DNA of 62,267 nt, the filler included, from Sanchytrium tribonematis (lineage: Eukaryota), in assembly GCA_018985235.1 (NCBI GenBank). It is 5 parts of 5 records of this genome, joined end to end, with 100 filler letters (N's around TTAATTAATTAA, not from the genome) between each part and the next. Parts side by side here need not be neighbours in the genome. Positions count along the whole stretch, not along the records: positions 1 to 12,432 come from JADGIG010000218.1; positions 12,533 to 24,920 come from JADGIG010000219.1; 3 more parts are not named here. The stretch is one strand, 5' to 3'. Positions 9,891-20,214 of this stretch are shown piece after piece; position 1 is the first letter of the stretch; each line of letters opens with the position of its first letter. The notes under the pieces are model-generated. The model saw only the letters and a list, made by a program, of their open reading frames with translations, searched no databases and was not told where the DNA came from. A program made the position numbers and the translations under genes.

Positions 9891-12195
9891 ATGGTACTAG
9901 AGACCATCATTATCACAAAAGCCATATGCATCGTTGGTAAGTTGCTCCCTATTCTACAGAATATCGAACAGACCTGTGACAATAATGATAAAGCAACCAA
10001 ATTGTGTAGGAGATTTAAGAGATTAAACTTTGTATTAAAGAAAATGGCATCCAAGACCTTTTCAGAGACCACCATGGATACTTTGCAACATCTTTTGAGT
10101 TTCTTAGGAACGGTGGATCTATTTCTCCAAGATTTTAAAGATTTCTCTTATATAAGAAGATTCTTGTTAAATGCGAATTACAACAAGAAAATGACCAATT
10201 TTGATTCCGAAATAGATAAAATCATTAGTGAGTTGATTGTATCATACATTTGTATGCAATACTATGGATTTGAAATCTGATACTGCCGACATTAAAGAGG
10301 ACACAGAACAAATTACAAATCATGTGGTTGAAATGAAGGAATATTTACAAACCATGATGTCTCAAATCGATATTTTGGAGAGCAATCATCAAAACACACC
10401 TCCAGTAGTTCAGCCAGTAGGTATATCAGATGCGCAAATGGCTGAAATTAGAGCCATGTTTGTAGAAATGGCAAATTTACAAAATCCACTAACTGCTGAG
10501 AATTTGGAAGAAACGAGAGAAATTGTGATTCAATCCTCTAAATCATTCGATATTGATTATATTGATGGCATTGAATTGTTTAATAATGAAATATTGGGAA
10601 GTGGCTCATATGGCACTGTTTATTTAGGAGAATGGCATGGCATCAAAGTAGCCATTAAACAAATAACTCACTTTTCATTTAATAATCCATCCTCATTTAC
10701 AGTCAAATCAGATGCATTTGAGAAGAACAAGTCCGTTTTACGAGAAGTGAAAGCATTTGAAAAATTAAACAAATCTCCATTTATTTGTAGTTTCTACGGC
10801 GTGACATCCATTGATGGTAAATTAGGGCTTGTTACGGAATATCTAGACAACAATTCATTGTATCATTGGCTCTATACGGATGGTAAATCACTCACAGATC
10901 CACAAATCAATAAAATTCGACTCGGGATTGCCCGTGGTCTAACTTACATGCATTCCCATGGAATTGCCCATAATGATATTAAATCTAATAATATCATGTT
11001 GGATAGTCAATTGATGCCTCGTATTATTGATTTTGGAATGGTTAAAATGAACAATTCAACCATGTCATTTCATGGCAAATCCAAATCAGTAGGGACAGAT
11101 CATTGGAGAGCACCAGAGTATTGGGATGTCTCTACTGAATCATTCCAACTGCGTGATCAATTTCCATTTGCGGGAGATGTTTTCTCCTTTGCCATTGTTT
11201 TGGGTGAAATGGCAACATGTCAAATCCCATGGGATCAGCGTAGTGAATGGGATATTGAGCGTGCTATTTCCAAGGGAATGCGTCCATATACTTCAGATCA
11301 AATCAAATTTTCTCCTTTATTCGAAATTATTGATAAAGCATGGCAGCAACATCCAAAAGACAGATATTCTATGGAAGACTTGCTCAAGAAATTAGAATCT
11401 CTAGGCAGTTCGGCCAACTTTGTCATAAAACATAATTGGGAATATTTTGCAGAATTGACAAACCCCGCCCGTATAGATAACATTTTTGGCAATGAACTAC
11501 TCAAATCATTCAAGGAATCCATTCAAACTGTGAATCACTCATTGTTCCAATCGTACTTGTTAAAATTAGTGAAAATTGTGAAGTTATATGATATAAAATC
11601 CTATATTGAATCATTAAAACCATTAAATGATAAAATGATTAAATTGAAAACACGTGAAACAGATTTATTTATACTTAATATCATGGCATTTCTCAAAATT
11701 GGAATTGAAAAAGACAACAAGGAGATATTTAATGATTTTGTGAATTCTGACCATGAATTATCTAGTTATTTTATTGGATATTGCTATTCAAATGGACTTG
11801 GGGTGGCTGAAAATGATTTTAAAGCATTTCAATATTTCAATAAAGCATCAGAATTGGGAATACCAGCTGCTCATTATTATTTGGGAATCAGCTATTTATA
11901 TGGAAAAGGGTGTGCAGTAGATCATGAAATGGGATTAAAATATTATCAAATGGCTGGAGAATCACATTTTGGAGAAGGATATTCTGCAATCGGATATCTT
12001 TATAGAAATGGGAATATTGTGGAACAAAATGAAAAAAAAGCATTGCATTATGATGAATTGGCTAAACCATATAGCTATGATGAAGAGACGGGCGATGCAT
12101 CATTAAAACTGATACTGTCTAGAATATCTCCTGAAGTAAAGAAAGAGGTTTTAGAAAAATATATGTTGATGCAACAAAATAATAAATCAAAATAA
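9891..12195 (+). CDS. MLKL-like N-terminal helical domain + TKL protein kinase + Sel1 repeats (split across two ORFs)
   Basis: The N-terminal ORF from ATG 9891 resembles an MLKL/HeLo-like four-helix bundle (NNDKATKLCRRFKRL..IRRFLLN). ORF 10237-12195 has GSGSYG, VAIK, HNDIKSNN, DFG, WRAPE and Sel1 repeats (IGYCYSNGLGV, LGISYLYGKGC). The two are joined by a +1 shift or by a candidate GTGAGT..AAG intron at 10228-10297. Confidence 0.8.
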
Positions 12196-12199
12196 TTTA

Positions 12200-12432
12200 T
12201 TAAGTAATCATGTGAATCAATTCTTTTTCAATTTGCTCTGGTTCTACATCTGGCTCAAATCTTTTAATTGGATTTCCATCTGCATCAATCAAAAATTTAG
12301 TGAAATTCCACTGAATATCTTCATTTTCATTTAAATGCTTTTCTTTCAAATATTCGTATAATGGATGCTGCTGAGATCCATTTACATTGATTTTATCAAA
12401 TAATGGAAACTCTACATTGTATTTTGAAGCTG
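12200..12432 (-). CDS. Glutathione/thioredoxin peroxidase (GPx family), 3' part only
   Basis: Minus strand reads YNVEFPLFDKINVNGSQQHPLYEYLK..IQWNFTKFLIDADG, with the GPx WNF-KFL signature. Cut by the contig end. Confidence 0.9.
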
Positions 12433-12532
12433 NNNNNNNNNNNNNNNNNNNNNNNNNNNNNNNNNNNNNNNNNNNNTTAATTAATTAANNNNNNNNNNNN
12501 NNNNNNNNNNNNNNNNNNNNNNNNNNNNNNNN
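12433..12532. other. Artificial contig-joining linker
   Basis: N44-TTAATTAATTAA-N44, which places stops in all six frames. Confidence 0.98.
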
Positions 12533-12586
12533 CGTTTCTCAATTTTCACTTCTACATTTATTAAAATCAATCATGAAGACGCTGTC

Positions 12587-13228
12587 ATGGAAGAGCAATC
12601 TGACAACATTGAGGAAATAGTAGATTTCATTACTCCTAAGACGTTTGTAGATCCTTCATTGTTACTAAGTTTAGCATACCTATATAAATTGCAATCGAAA
12701 TTCCAGCTTTCAAGAGTATTTTTTGAAGAAATATTAAAACAATTGATAACGCGTCCAACAATTGGTATTCCAGAATATGAAATTGAAAAGGTAGGAATTT
12801 ATTTCACAGATAGATGGGAGCTCAGTGGCTCAGAAATGAGCCATGTAGTGGTTCAGCTCATTCAATTTTCCTTTTTAAACCTGGCGGACATTTACATTTC
12901 TGCTGAAAATTATGATTTAGCTCAACATTATTTAGATTCTGTCGAAGCTCTTGACGACGATTATTCGACGGAGTCAGAAAACTGTTTGCCTGTTGCATTT
13001 CATATTTTATCGTATGATGTCAAAACTAATAAGGATTTTAAACACTTTGTACTTGGCAATGCTACAAAACTTAAAGGCAAATGTTTATTCTGTGAAGGCG
13101 ATTATATTGGTGCAATATCTTTATATGAAAAAGCTTTTGAGTGGATACCAAATGATAAAGTGATTCATGCTTTGTATGATGATTCCTTAAAAAAGTTGAA
13201 GGAAAGCCCACCCATTTTTAGCGAATAA
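12587..13228 (+). CDS. TPR-containing protein (probably 5'-truncated)
   Basis: TPR-like helices (LNLADIYISAENYDLAQHY; KGKCLFCEGDYIGAISLYEKA). Lies at the contig start. Confidence 0.6.
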   Translation: MEEQSDNIEEIVDFITPKTFVDPSLLLSLAYLYKLQSKFQLSRVFFEEILKQLITRPTIGIPEYEIEKVGIYFTDRWELSGSEMSHVVVQLIQFSFLNLADIYISAENYDLAQHYLDSVEALDDDYSTESENCLPVAFHILSYDVKTNKDFKHFVLGNATKLKGKCLFCEGDYIGAISLYEKAFEWIPNDKVIHALYDDSLKKLKESPPIFSE

Positions 13229-13241
13229 ATATTTTTCAAAA

Positions 13242-14429
13242 ATGTCAGAGATTTTTTCAAATCTAGAGATAAGAATCCATGAAGCCACAAACTACTTGGA
13301 AGCCTGTCAGTCATTTTTATCAGATAATAGCTTTGAGCAATGGCAAACTATTTTAAATTTATTTGCCTCTTCAAAACTGAAGATTAAGGAAAAATTAGAT
13401 AGTGACAGCAATTTTAAAAAACAAATTAATCTGGTTGAAAGAGAATTGAATAGCTTTATTAACAGGCTCATAAGTATCAAGCATCAGAAGATATGGACAA
13501 AAGCAAAAAAATTGGAGAATGTTGAACAGGCAGTGACCAAGATAAACACAGAATTTCAAAATTTTCTACTTTTGTTGGGGAATGAAATATCTGATACAGA
13601 AGATTTTTTTCTTGAAGCAATACAAGCAGATTTGCTTGGAAATGTCGACAGATGTAGATCGCTGCTTGAAAACTCTTTTCGAGCTGGAAACAAATGGGCC
13701 GGACTTAAGCTTGCTCAAATGTGCCAAAACCTGGATAACGCCGAGTTTTATCTGAGAGAAATAATAGACCCCAGGGCTCTTTATGCTATGGGAAACCTTA
13801 AGTTAAGCAAAGGTCTGATTGACGAGGCTGTTGCATACTGGACGAAAAGTAGCCAAGAACTTGGCAAAACTTCAAATTACTACGAAAAATTAGCATTAGA
13901 CGTCAATTTAAAATTAATTCAGTATGGCAATATGAATTCAGACTTGATTTTGACTACCTTGAATGATAATATACAGAAATTTCATGCTGAATCTATTAAT
14001 TATCTTGGATATTTATACTACAATGGGGGGCTTGTTGTGAAAGACCTTAATCAATCCTTTAAACTGTTCAGAAAGGCAGCAGAGTTGGGTCATAGCGACT
14101 CTTACAACAATTTGGGAATTTGCTTTGAAAAAGGGCACGGGACAGAAATTTCCATCGAAAAAGCCAAAGAAGCCTATTTTGCTATTGCGGAATCACATGG
14201 TGAAGCCTGTTCAAATCTCGGATTCCTCCTTTACAAAGAAGGAAAGTTTAGGGAATCTTTACATTATTTAAGTCGTGGATCATTTCTCGGTTCTACAACA
14301 GCGGAGACTCTTTTAATAAAGGTTCTGACCTCAATTGCGATGGACAAAACCAAACTTGACGAATTAACACTGCCATTCAAAAACTTGCAAATAACCCGTA
14401 GCTCTGAAAACAAGGTGATCGCTCCATAA
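13242..14429 (+). CDS. Sel1-like repeat protein
   Basis: NYLGYLYYNGGLVVKDLNQSFKLFRKAAELG and NNLGICFEKGHGT repeats. Confidence 0.8.
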   Translation: MSEIFSNLEIRIHEATNYLEACQSFLSDNSFEQWQTILNLFASSKLKIKEKLDSDSNFKKQINLVERELNSFINRLISIKHQKIWTKAKKLENVEQAVTKINTEFQNFLLLLGNEISDTEDFFLEAIQADLLGNVDRCRSLLENSFRAGNKWAGLKLAQMCQNLDNAEFYLREIIDPRALYAMGNLKLSKGLIDEAVAYWTKSSQELGKTSNYYEKLALDVNLKLIQYGNMNSDLILTTLNDNIQKFHAESINYLGYLYYNGGLVVKDLNQSFKLFRKAAELGHSDSYNNLGICFEKGHGTEISIEKAKEAYFAIAESHGEACSNLGFLLYKEGKFRESLHYLSRGSFLGSTTAETLLIKVLTSIAMDKTKLDELTLPFKNLQITRSSENKVIAP

Positions 14430-14448
14430 AGTAAATCATTACCATATT

Positions 14449-16552
14449 TTATTGGGTGACTTTCCATAAAATCAAGCAATTATCCATTCCACCAGTACTC
14501 AACAAATATTGACCATCTTGGGTAAATTTGACGCCTGTAACATGCGAGCAATGTCCAATGTATTCCTTGAAAGCTAAATTAAAACAAAGTACGTGGCGCA
14601 GTCTTAGATCGTGGTCTTGGCCAATTCCAAATCTGGACAGTAGAATTGTCTGTACCATCTACCAAAATTTTCTTCTCGGGATGAACAGCAACACAATTAA
14701 TGTCACTGGCATCGTGGACTCCTTTAGATTTGTCAGCATGTTGTTGCCAAATACCCATAGTAGACCAAGAAAACATACAAGTATAAGAATTGTACTTGAG
14801 TTGCTTAATAGTGTCAGCATGTGTCAATTGTTTAAGCCCTTCACAATCCCAATATAAAACTTCTTTATCTGTAGAGTTACTGATCAAAAAAGTGCCTTCC
14901 ACATTAAAGTCTACTGACAAGATTCGACTAGTATGACCACTCATTTCGCCCAATCTAGTGTGGTTGTTGGAAGCGTCATAAACGTCGATTTTACCATCTG
15001 CAGCACCTGTTACTAAATATTTTCCATTTGGACCGTATCTAATGCATGTAACGTCTCTATTGCTGACGGTAAATTTGTTCATTTGGGTCCAATTCATTCC
15101 TTTTTCATCTCCTTCAAAAACATGAACAGTACCACTTCGAAGACCAACGGCAATTTTTTGCAATTTTGGATGCCAGCATATAGCTCTTGCAGCTCCTACC
15201 TTAATTTTAACTATGCATTTTCTATCTGAAATGTTCCAAATTCGAACGCATCCATCATCACCACAAGTAGCTGCAAAATTACCTTTAACATCTAATCCCC
15301 ATAATTCGGCATCTTTAGATGAGTCATGAGCATTGACCAATTTTGTTGGCTTAGCTGGGCTTACAAACTTATTCAATTCAGTATCCCATTCAGATATGTT
15401 GCAATTTCTCATACCAACAAGAATTTTGAACTTTTCATTTCCACTTGTGTCAATACTACAGATATTGGGGAGTTCAGCTTCATCTCCTTCTTTCAGTTGA
15501 CACTCAGAAAGAACTTTTAGGTCTGCATCTAAAACTGCAAGCTTGGCATCTTTACCTCCACAAATAATGGAATTCATATGCTTCTTTAGTGCCAAGATAT
15601 TTCCATTGATAACAGGGTTATTTGTTTTGTTAGCTAGCTTTCCGGCCTTCCAGACATAAATGTGCCCATTTGCAGTTCCTGTCCACACTGTGTCGTCATT
15701 AAGGTAAGCAGCTGTTGGGAGTGCTTGGATTAAATCATTATTTCCAAACTCACCTCGCTTGATTTCGAGTTTTCCACTGACGAATGTTGAAAATCCGATG
15801 TATTTGACACCAACTAGGGTACATTCCGTCTTCTTAGTGGGATGGGCAACTAAGTCTAAAACTTTGTTGGAGATTCTTGTTGAAGTTAATAATTTCTCAT
15901 TATTCCAATCGTAAACCAAGACTTCATTATTTGGGTCTCCTCTAGTAACGCCATACAAGAGATCTCCAGTACAATTAAATTGCAACGCATTGATGCCATT
16001 TGAACCACGAGGTACCTTACAAGTTTTCAACAATTGGGCCTCTGGGAGTTTGTTGAATTTGGTATCTGAAATCTTGTATATGTTGATGTATGCATCACGT
16101 CCGACTTGGCCTAATGCAACAAGTCTAGAAGAAGTATGAACCGCAAGACCTAAAACATCATCATCGTGTCCTTGGAGAATGCATTGGGTGTTACTAGACT
16201 TTTGATGAACAATTCCAAGGCTTCCGGCAGTATAAATGACCAAGTCGTTATCTGTTGCGTTTAAAGCGGTAGGCAAATAAAACAAATTATTTCTTCTTTC
16301 TTTCGCATGATATCCAAAGACGTAGTTTAATTCCAATTTAAACAAAGGATCAGACATAACCACCTCTGGTTTTTCAATAGGAGCATGCACTTGTGAGGTA
16401 GTTTCTTTAATTGGCGTTTGTCCAGTATTTTTGGGTGTGGTTTTAGGCTTTGACGGTGATGTTGACGGTGAGGCAGATGAGTTTGATTTTGTAGGTGACG
16501 GAGGTTGTTGACCTTTTGGGACAGTAGTAGTTTTTGGTTTCGGCGCACTCAT
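14449..16552 (-). CDS. Echinoderm microtubule-associated protein-like (EML) HELP-WD40 protein; 19-nt intron at 14574-14592
   Basis: HELP motif LELNYVFGY..RNNLFY and many WD40 repeats. Removing the intron gives TAPPFKEYIGHCSHVTGVKF..LLSTGGMD, the EML C-terminal repeat. Confidence 0.88.
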
Positions 16553-16700
16553 TTTATTTCAAAATTGAATGTTTCAAAAATGAGAGGAATTTTTATACCT
16601 AAATTATTCGTATCATTATCATCAAGTAATAGGTCATTGATTATACCATTTTCAGCGGTGAAATAATATCAAAATTAATTTAATGCTTTAAAGTATAAAT

Positions 16701-17069
16701 TTATTGTGTTTTTAAAAAATTGATAAATGTGGAAACGTCTTCCTTTTTAATGCTCACTTCTTGACTTAAATCCTCGGTGGTAACTTCAACAGGCGAGAAC
16801 TGAATATGCTGAGAATCAATTTCCTTCATAATAAGCTCATTTCGGCCAACCTTAATGTGCACTTGCTCTTCTTTATCCATTGATAATTTAATACCAGATA
16901 AATTCTCGTAAAGTTGAAGCAAATATTTTGACGAACTGGCATCCTCGGAACCTTGTAGTTTCTCGTCTAATCTCTGCATCTTATTGAGAGCTTCTGTAAT
17001 TTCCTGTTTGACAGTATCTAACTCATCTTGAATCATTTGAGGGGTATTATTCACACAAATATAAACCAT
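16701..17069 (-). CDS. Small coiled-coil protein, possibly monopolin Csm1/Pcs1-like
   Basis: Coiled coil followed by LYENLSGIKL..FSP..LSQEVSI..F, reminiscent of the Csm1 RWD domain. The match is weak. Confidence 0.4.
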   Translation of the reverse strand: MVYICVNNTPQMIQDELDTVKQEITEALNKMQRLDEKLQGSEDASSSKYLLQLYENLSGIKLSMDKEEQVHIKVGRNELIMKEIDSQHIQFSPVEVTTEDLSQEVSIKKEDVSTFINFLKTQ

Positions 17070-17370
17070 AAATCAGCACATGGTACACCAAGTGCGACAC
17101 GCTCTATCAAAACTATTTCAATTTTAAACTTAGGCAAATTATAAACGAGAGTTTGTCGTGCTAAGTTTGGTGTGATGTTAGAGAAATTGTGAAAATCAAA
17201 ACTCAACAAGACATTAATTCTCACTAAGTACGATTAACAATATAGACATTGAAAATGCCATTTTGCGGAAGTAGTACACGATTTTGAAGATTTTAATTTA
17301 TAACTGAAGGAATTTTGTTATTAGCAATCAAATATCAAAATTTATTACGTTAAACCTAATCACCCAAATT

Positions 17371-18117
17371 TTATTGGGTTGATAATGGGTCCCTATCTTT
17401 CATGCTTATTTGGACATGCTCTAGACCTTCTTTTAGTAAAATCCTTTGCAAAACTTTTAAATAGCCTCTTTCGGTATTTGTATGATTCGTAACAATCACC
17501 ATTTTGTCGTTTTGTGCTAGATTGAGGATTTCATGATGGCCCAATTCACCAGTAATATAGCAATGTGCATCAAAATTGGGGAGAACGGAACCACCAGATC
17601 CAGCACAAACTGCAATACTTGATACATTTTTTCTTGAGTTTGCAACTTGAATGTATGGTATGCTGAGATGGTTTTTCATTATTTTGATGAGTTCGTCACC
17701 TTCAATGGAGGTGCTTAAAGATTTCGATCTACCACTTTTGTCTTGGGGAACATTTAGATCGCCATCAAAAGGACTTAGAAGCCAGTCGTTTATTCCGCCT
17801 TCCATTGAGTCAAGCCTTGTGTGTGGACAATAAACGCCAATTCCATGATATAAAAGAGAGCTCAAAATAAATTGCTTCGGGTCTGTATGTACAATTCTTT
17901 TAATGCCTTTGAATATTATTGGATGATATGCAACAATAACAGAAACCTCATTTGCAATTGCTTCATTCAGGACCTCTTTAGTCAGGTCAATTGTCAAAAG
18001 GATCTTATTACTGGTCCTTAATTCAAATGGTTCAACTAGGATTCCTGTGTTGTCCCATGGAGCTTCAAGTGTTTTCGGTGCAATTTGCTCAAATATAGTA
18101 GCGACTCGCTTGAGCAT
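17371..18117 (-). CDS. NIF3: NIF3-like protein (GTP cyclohydrolase 1 type 2 / YbgI family)
   Basis: WDNTGIL, LLTIDLT, AYHPIIF, HTRLD, IAVCAGSGG, TGELGHH and HTNTERGYL motifs. Confidence 0.92.
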   Translation of the reverse strand: MLKRVATIFEQIAPKTLEAPWDNTGILVEPFELRTSNKILLTIDLTKEVLNEAIANEVSVIVAYHPIIFKGIKRIVHTDPKQFILSSLLYHGIGVYCPHTRLDSMEGGINDWLLSPFDGDLNVPQDKSGRSKSLSTSIEGDELIKIMKNHLSIPYIQVANSRKNVSSIAVCAGSGGSVLPNFDAHCYITGELGHHEILNLAQNDKMVIVTNHTNTERGYLKVLQRILLKEGLEHVQISMKDRDPLSTQ

Positions 18118-18165
18118 ATTGCTGGAACTGTAGGGGAAATTTCTAGGAAATTGAATTGAAAATAT

Positions 18166-18570
18166 TTATTTTTTACTCTTTTTACCCTTCTTCTTTTTGG
18201 ACTTCTTATTGTCTTTTTTCTCAGCAGCAGCTTTTTCTAATGCTTGATCTTTGAGAGTCTTCTTGACGACTTTCTTTTCTTCCATTAAAAAGGCGCGCAA
18301 AACTCTATTTTTTACACAAGCAGAGCAAACACTACCACCGTAAGCCCTATTAACATTTTTTTGTCTTTTAGAAATACGCGAATATTCTTTAGGTCTCAAA
18401 TGTTTAATACCAGGTAGGATAACGTCACAACCAGCACCGCCGCATTTTGGGCCTGATGCCAATTTCTTACGGTATTGGAAAACTAATTTAGAAGGTGCTT
18501 TTACAACTCTAACGGCATTGCTTTTCGTATTGTATGACAATCGACGTCTGTATGTTAATCTTTGAGCCAT
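18166..18570 (-). CDS. RPL34: 60S ribosomal protein eL34
   Basis: MAQRLTYRRRLSYNTKSN..RAYGGSVC..RAFLMEEKK. Confidence 0.96.
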   Translation of the reverse strand: MAQRLTYRRRLSYNTKSNAVRVVKAPSKLVFQYRKKLASGPKCGGAGCDVILPGIKHLRPKEYSRISKRQKNVNRAYGGSVCSACVKNRVLRAFLMEEKKVVKKTLKDQALEKAAAEKKDNKKSKKKKGKKSKK

Positions 18571-18823
18571 ACATAGTGACTCATGATGCAAAAAATTCAG
18601 TCCAACACGTGGTTTTAACCAATCAGAAGTCCTGTCAGAAATTTATACCAATGTTTAATTTCAAAGATTCCACAATTCAACTCTTTCATTCTTGAACTAC
18701 TTCTCAAGCTGCATCATGAACCGCATTGCGGCAAATTAATTTGAGCTAACTCCTGATTGGGTATGGTTTGATTGGCTGCAAATCTAATAAAGTCTGAGCT
18801 TTGTAAAAAGGTGAAACTTTTGA

Positions 18824-20206
18824 ATGAGGTCCCACAGGAGATCAACTAGACAATCATCTTCCGGTTTAATTGAGAAAGAAAGTCAAGCCAGCCTTAATCC
18901 TGACGATTCGGTCAGTAACATTAGTCCACAATCACCTCCAATTGCGGCCTATTCCAATTTTTATTATCCACAACAACATTTGCCATCACACCAGATCCCA
19001 GTTGAACCAAATTACATGGCACATCAAAGCTATCAGCAGAATTATGAACAAAATTATGAGCAGCATTATGATATGGAAAATATTAATCAAGAACAAGAAG
19101 AACCTTATCTTGAAAGCGCATATGACTACACGATAGAGCCATCTTCTCAAGATTTTTTAAATCCGATAGGCCGAAAGAATAGTGGAAGCATTCATAACGC
19201 CAATGAGTCAAGAAACTCTAGGCAGTCTGTTAGTGACAATAATGCATCGGAAGAAAGAAGCAAATTAAGGCCAACTTCACAACTTGTAAATCCAGAAGTT
19301 AAACCACCAAAGCGACATTTTCCATTTTTTTCATATGTACTAAGCATTGCTCACGTTGTCGTTTTAGTTATTGCCTTGTTTGTCAACAAGGGAGCTACAG
19401 GAAATTTGTTGGCACCTATAACTAGCAATTATATGATAGGACCAGATTCCACTGCACTTATTAAAACTGGTGCTCGATTTGTGCCTTGCATGAAGCGTCA
19501 GGATTTCCCTAATTTTAAACTAGGAAATTGTCCTAGAAATGGAGGCGAATTGGGAACTTGTTATTTGAGTGAGTTATGTGGCTTTACTGATACTGATCAA
19601 TGGTACAGAATCATTACAGCCTTGTTTTTACACGCTGGAGTCATTCATTTGATTTGCAATGTCTTCTTCCAATTAAGTTTACTTAAGGATTTGGAGAGAG
19701 TTTGGGGTTGGTTTTTAATCTTCCCTATTTTCATGCTAAGTGGATCATTTAGTTTTCTTTTTGGTGCTGCCTATGCGCCTCAAACTGACGTTACACCATC
19801 TGTTGGATCCTCAGGGGCTTTGTTTGGGATAACTGCGGCCTTAATTATCAATCTATTAATTCATTGGAAGTCTTTACATAGGCCAATATTGCAATTGGTC
19901 AACCTAACTGTTGTTATTGTGATATCGATTCTATTCGGAATTTTTGTTTCTTTTATCGATAATTATGCTCATATTGGTGGATTTATTATGGGAATCGGCA
20001 ACAGTTTAATATTTGCTCCTTATGAGGGCGTTCGAAATACTCTTCGAAGAGTTGGTGTTAGAAAATCTTTAATTTACTCATCCTGGTTTCCTTGGACTTG
20101 CCGTCTCATTGGAATTGTATGGAGCGTTATTTTGTTTGCCTTTGTGGCTAAAGATTTTTATTCCAACACAAAATCGTGTTCCATTTGTGAAGGTTTAAGC
20201 AGTTAA
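18824..20206 (+). CDS. Rhomboid-family intramembrane protease (fungal type)
   Basis: GARFVPCM, QWYRIITALFLHAGVIH, catalytic VGSSG and AHIGG motifs. Confidence 0.9.
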   Translation: MRSHRRSTRQSSSGLIEKESQASLNPDDSVSNISPQSPPIAAYSNFYYPQQHLPSHQIPVEPNYMAHQSYQQNYEQNYEQHYDMENINQEQEEPYLESAYDYTIEPSSQDFLNPIGRKNSGSIHNANESRNSRQSVSDNNASEERSKLRPTSQLVNPEVKPPKRHFPFFSYVLSIAHVVVLVIALFVNKGATGNLLAPITSNYMIGPDSTALIKTGARFVPCMKRQDFPNFKLGNCPRNGGELGTCYLSELCGFTDTDQWYRIITALFLHAGVIHLICNVFFQLSLLKDLERVWGWFLIFPIFMLSGSFSFLFGAAYAPQTDVTPSVGSSGALFGITAALIINLLIHWKSLHRPILQLVNLTVVIVISILFGIFVSFIDNYAHIGGFIMGIGNSLIFAPYEGVRNTLRRVGVRKSLIYSSWFPWTCRLIGIVWSVILFAFVAKDFYSNTKSCSICEGLSS

Positions 20207-20214
20207 TGAATTTA

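Noticed and set aside
12433..12532. Repeated TTAATTAATTAA inside N runs, four times at about 12.4-kb spacing
   Set aside because: Artificial linker between size-sorted contigs. Adjacency across linkers, and ORFs running through the Ns, have no biological meaning.
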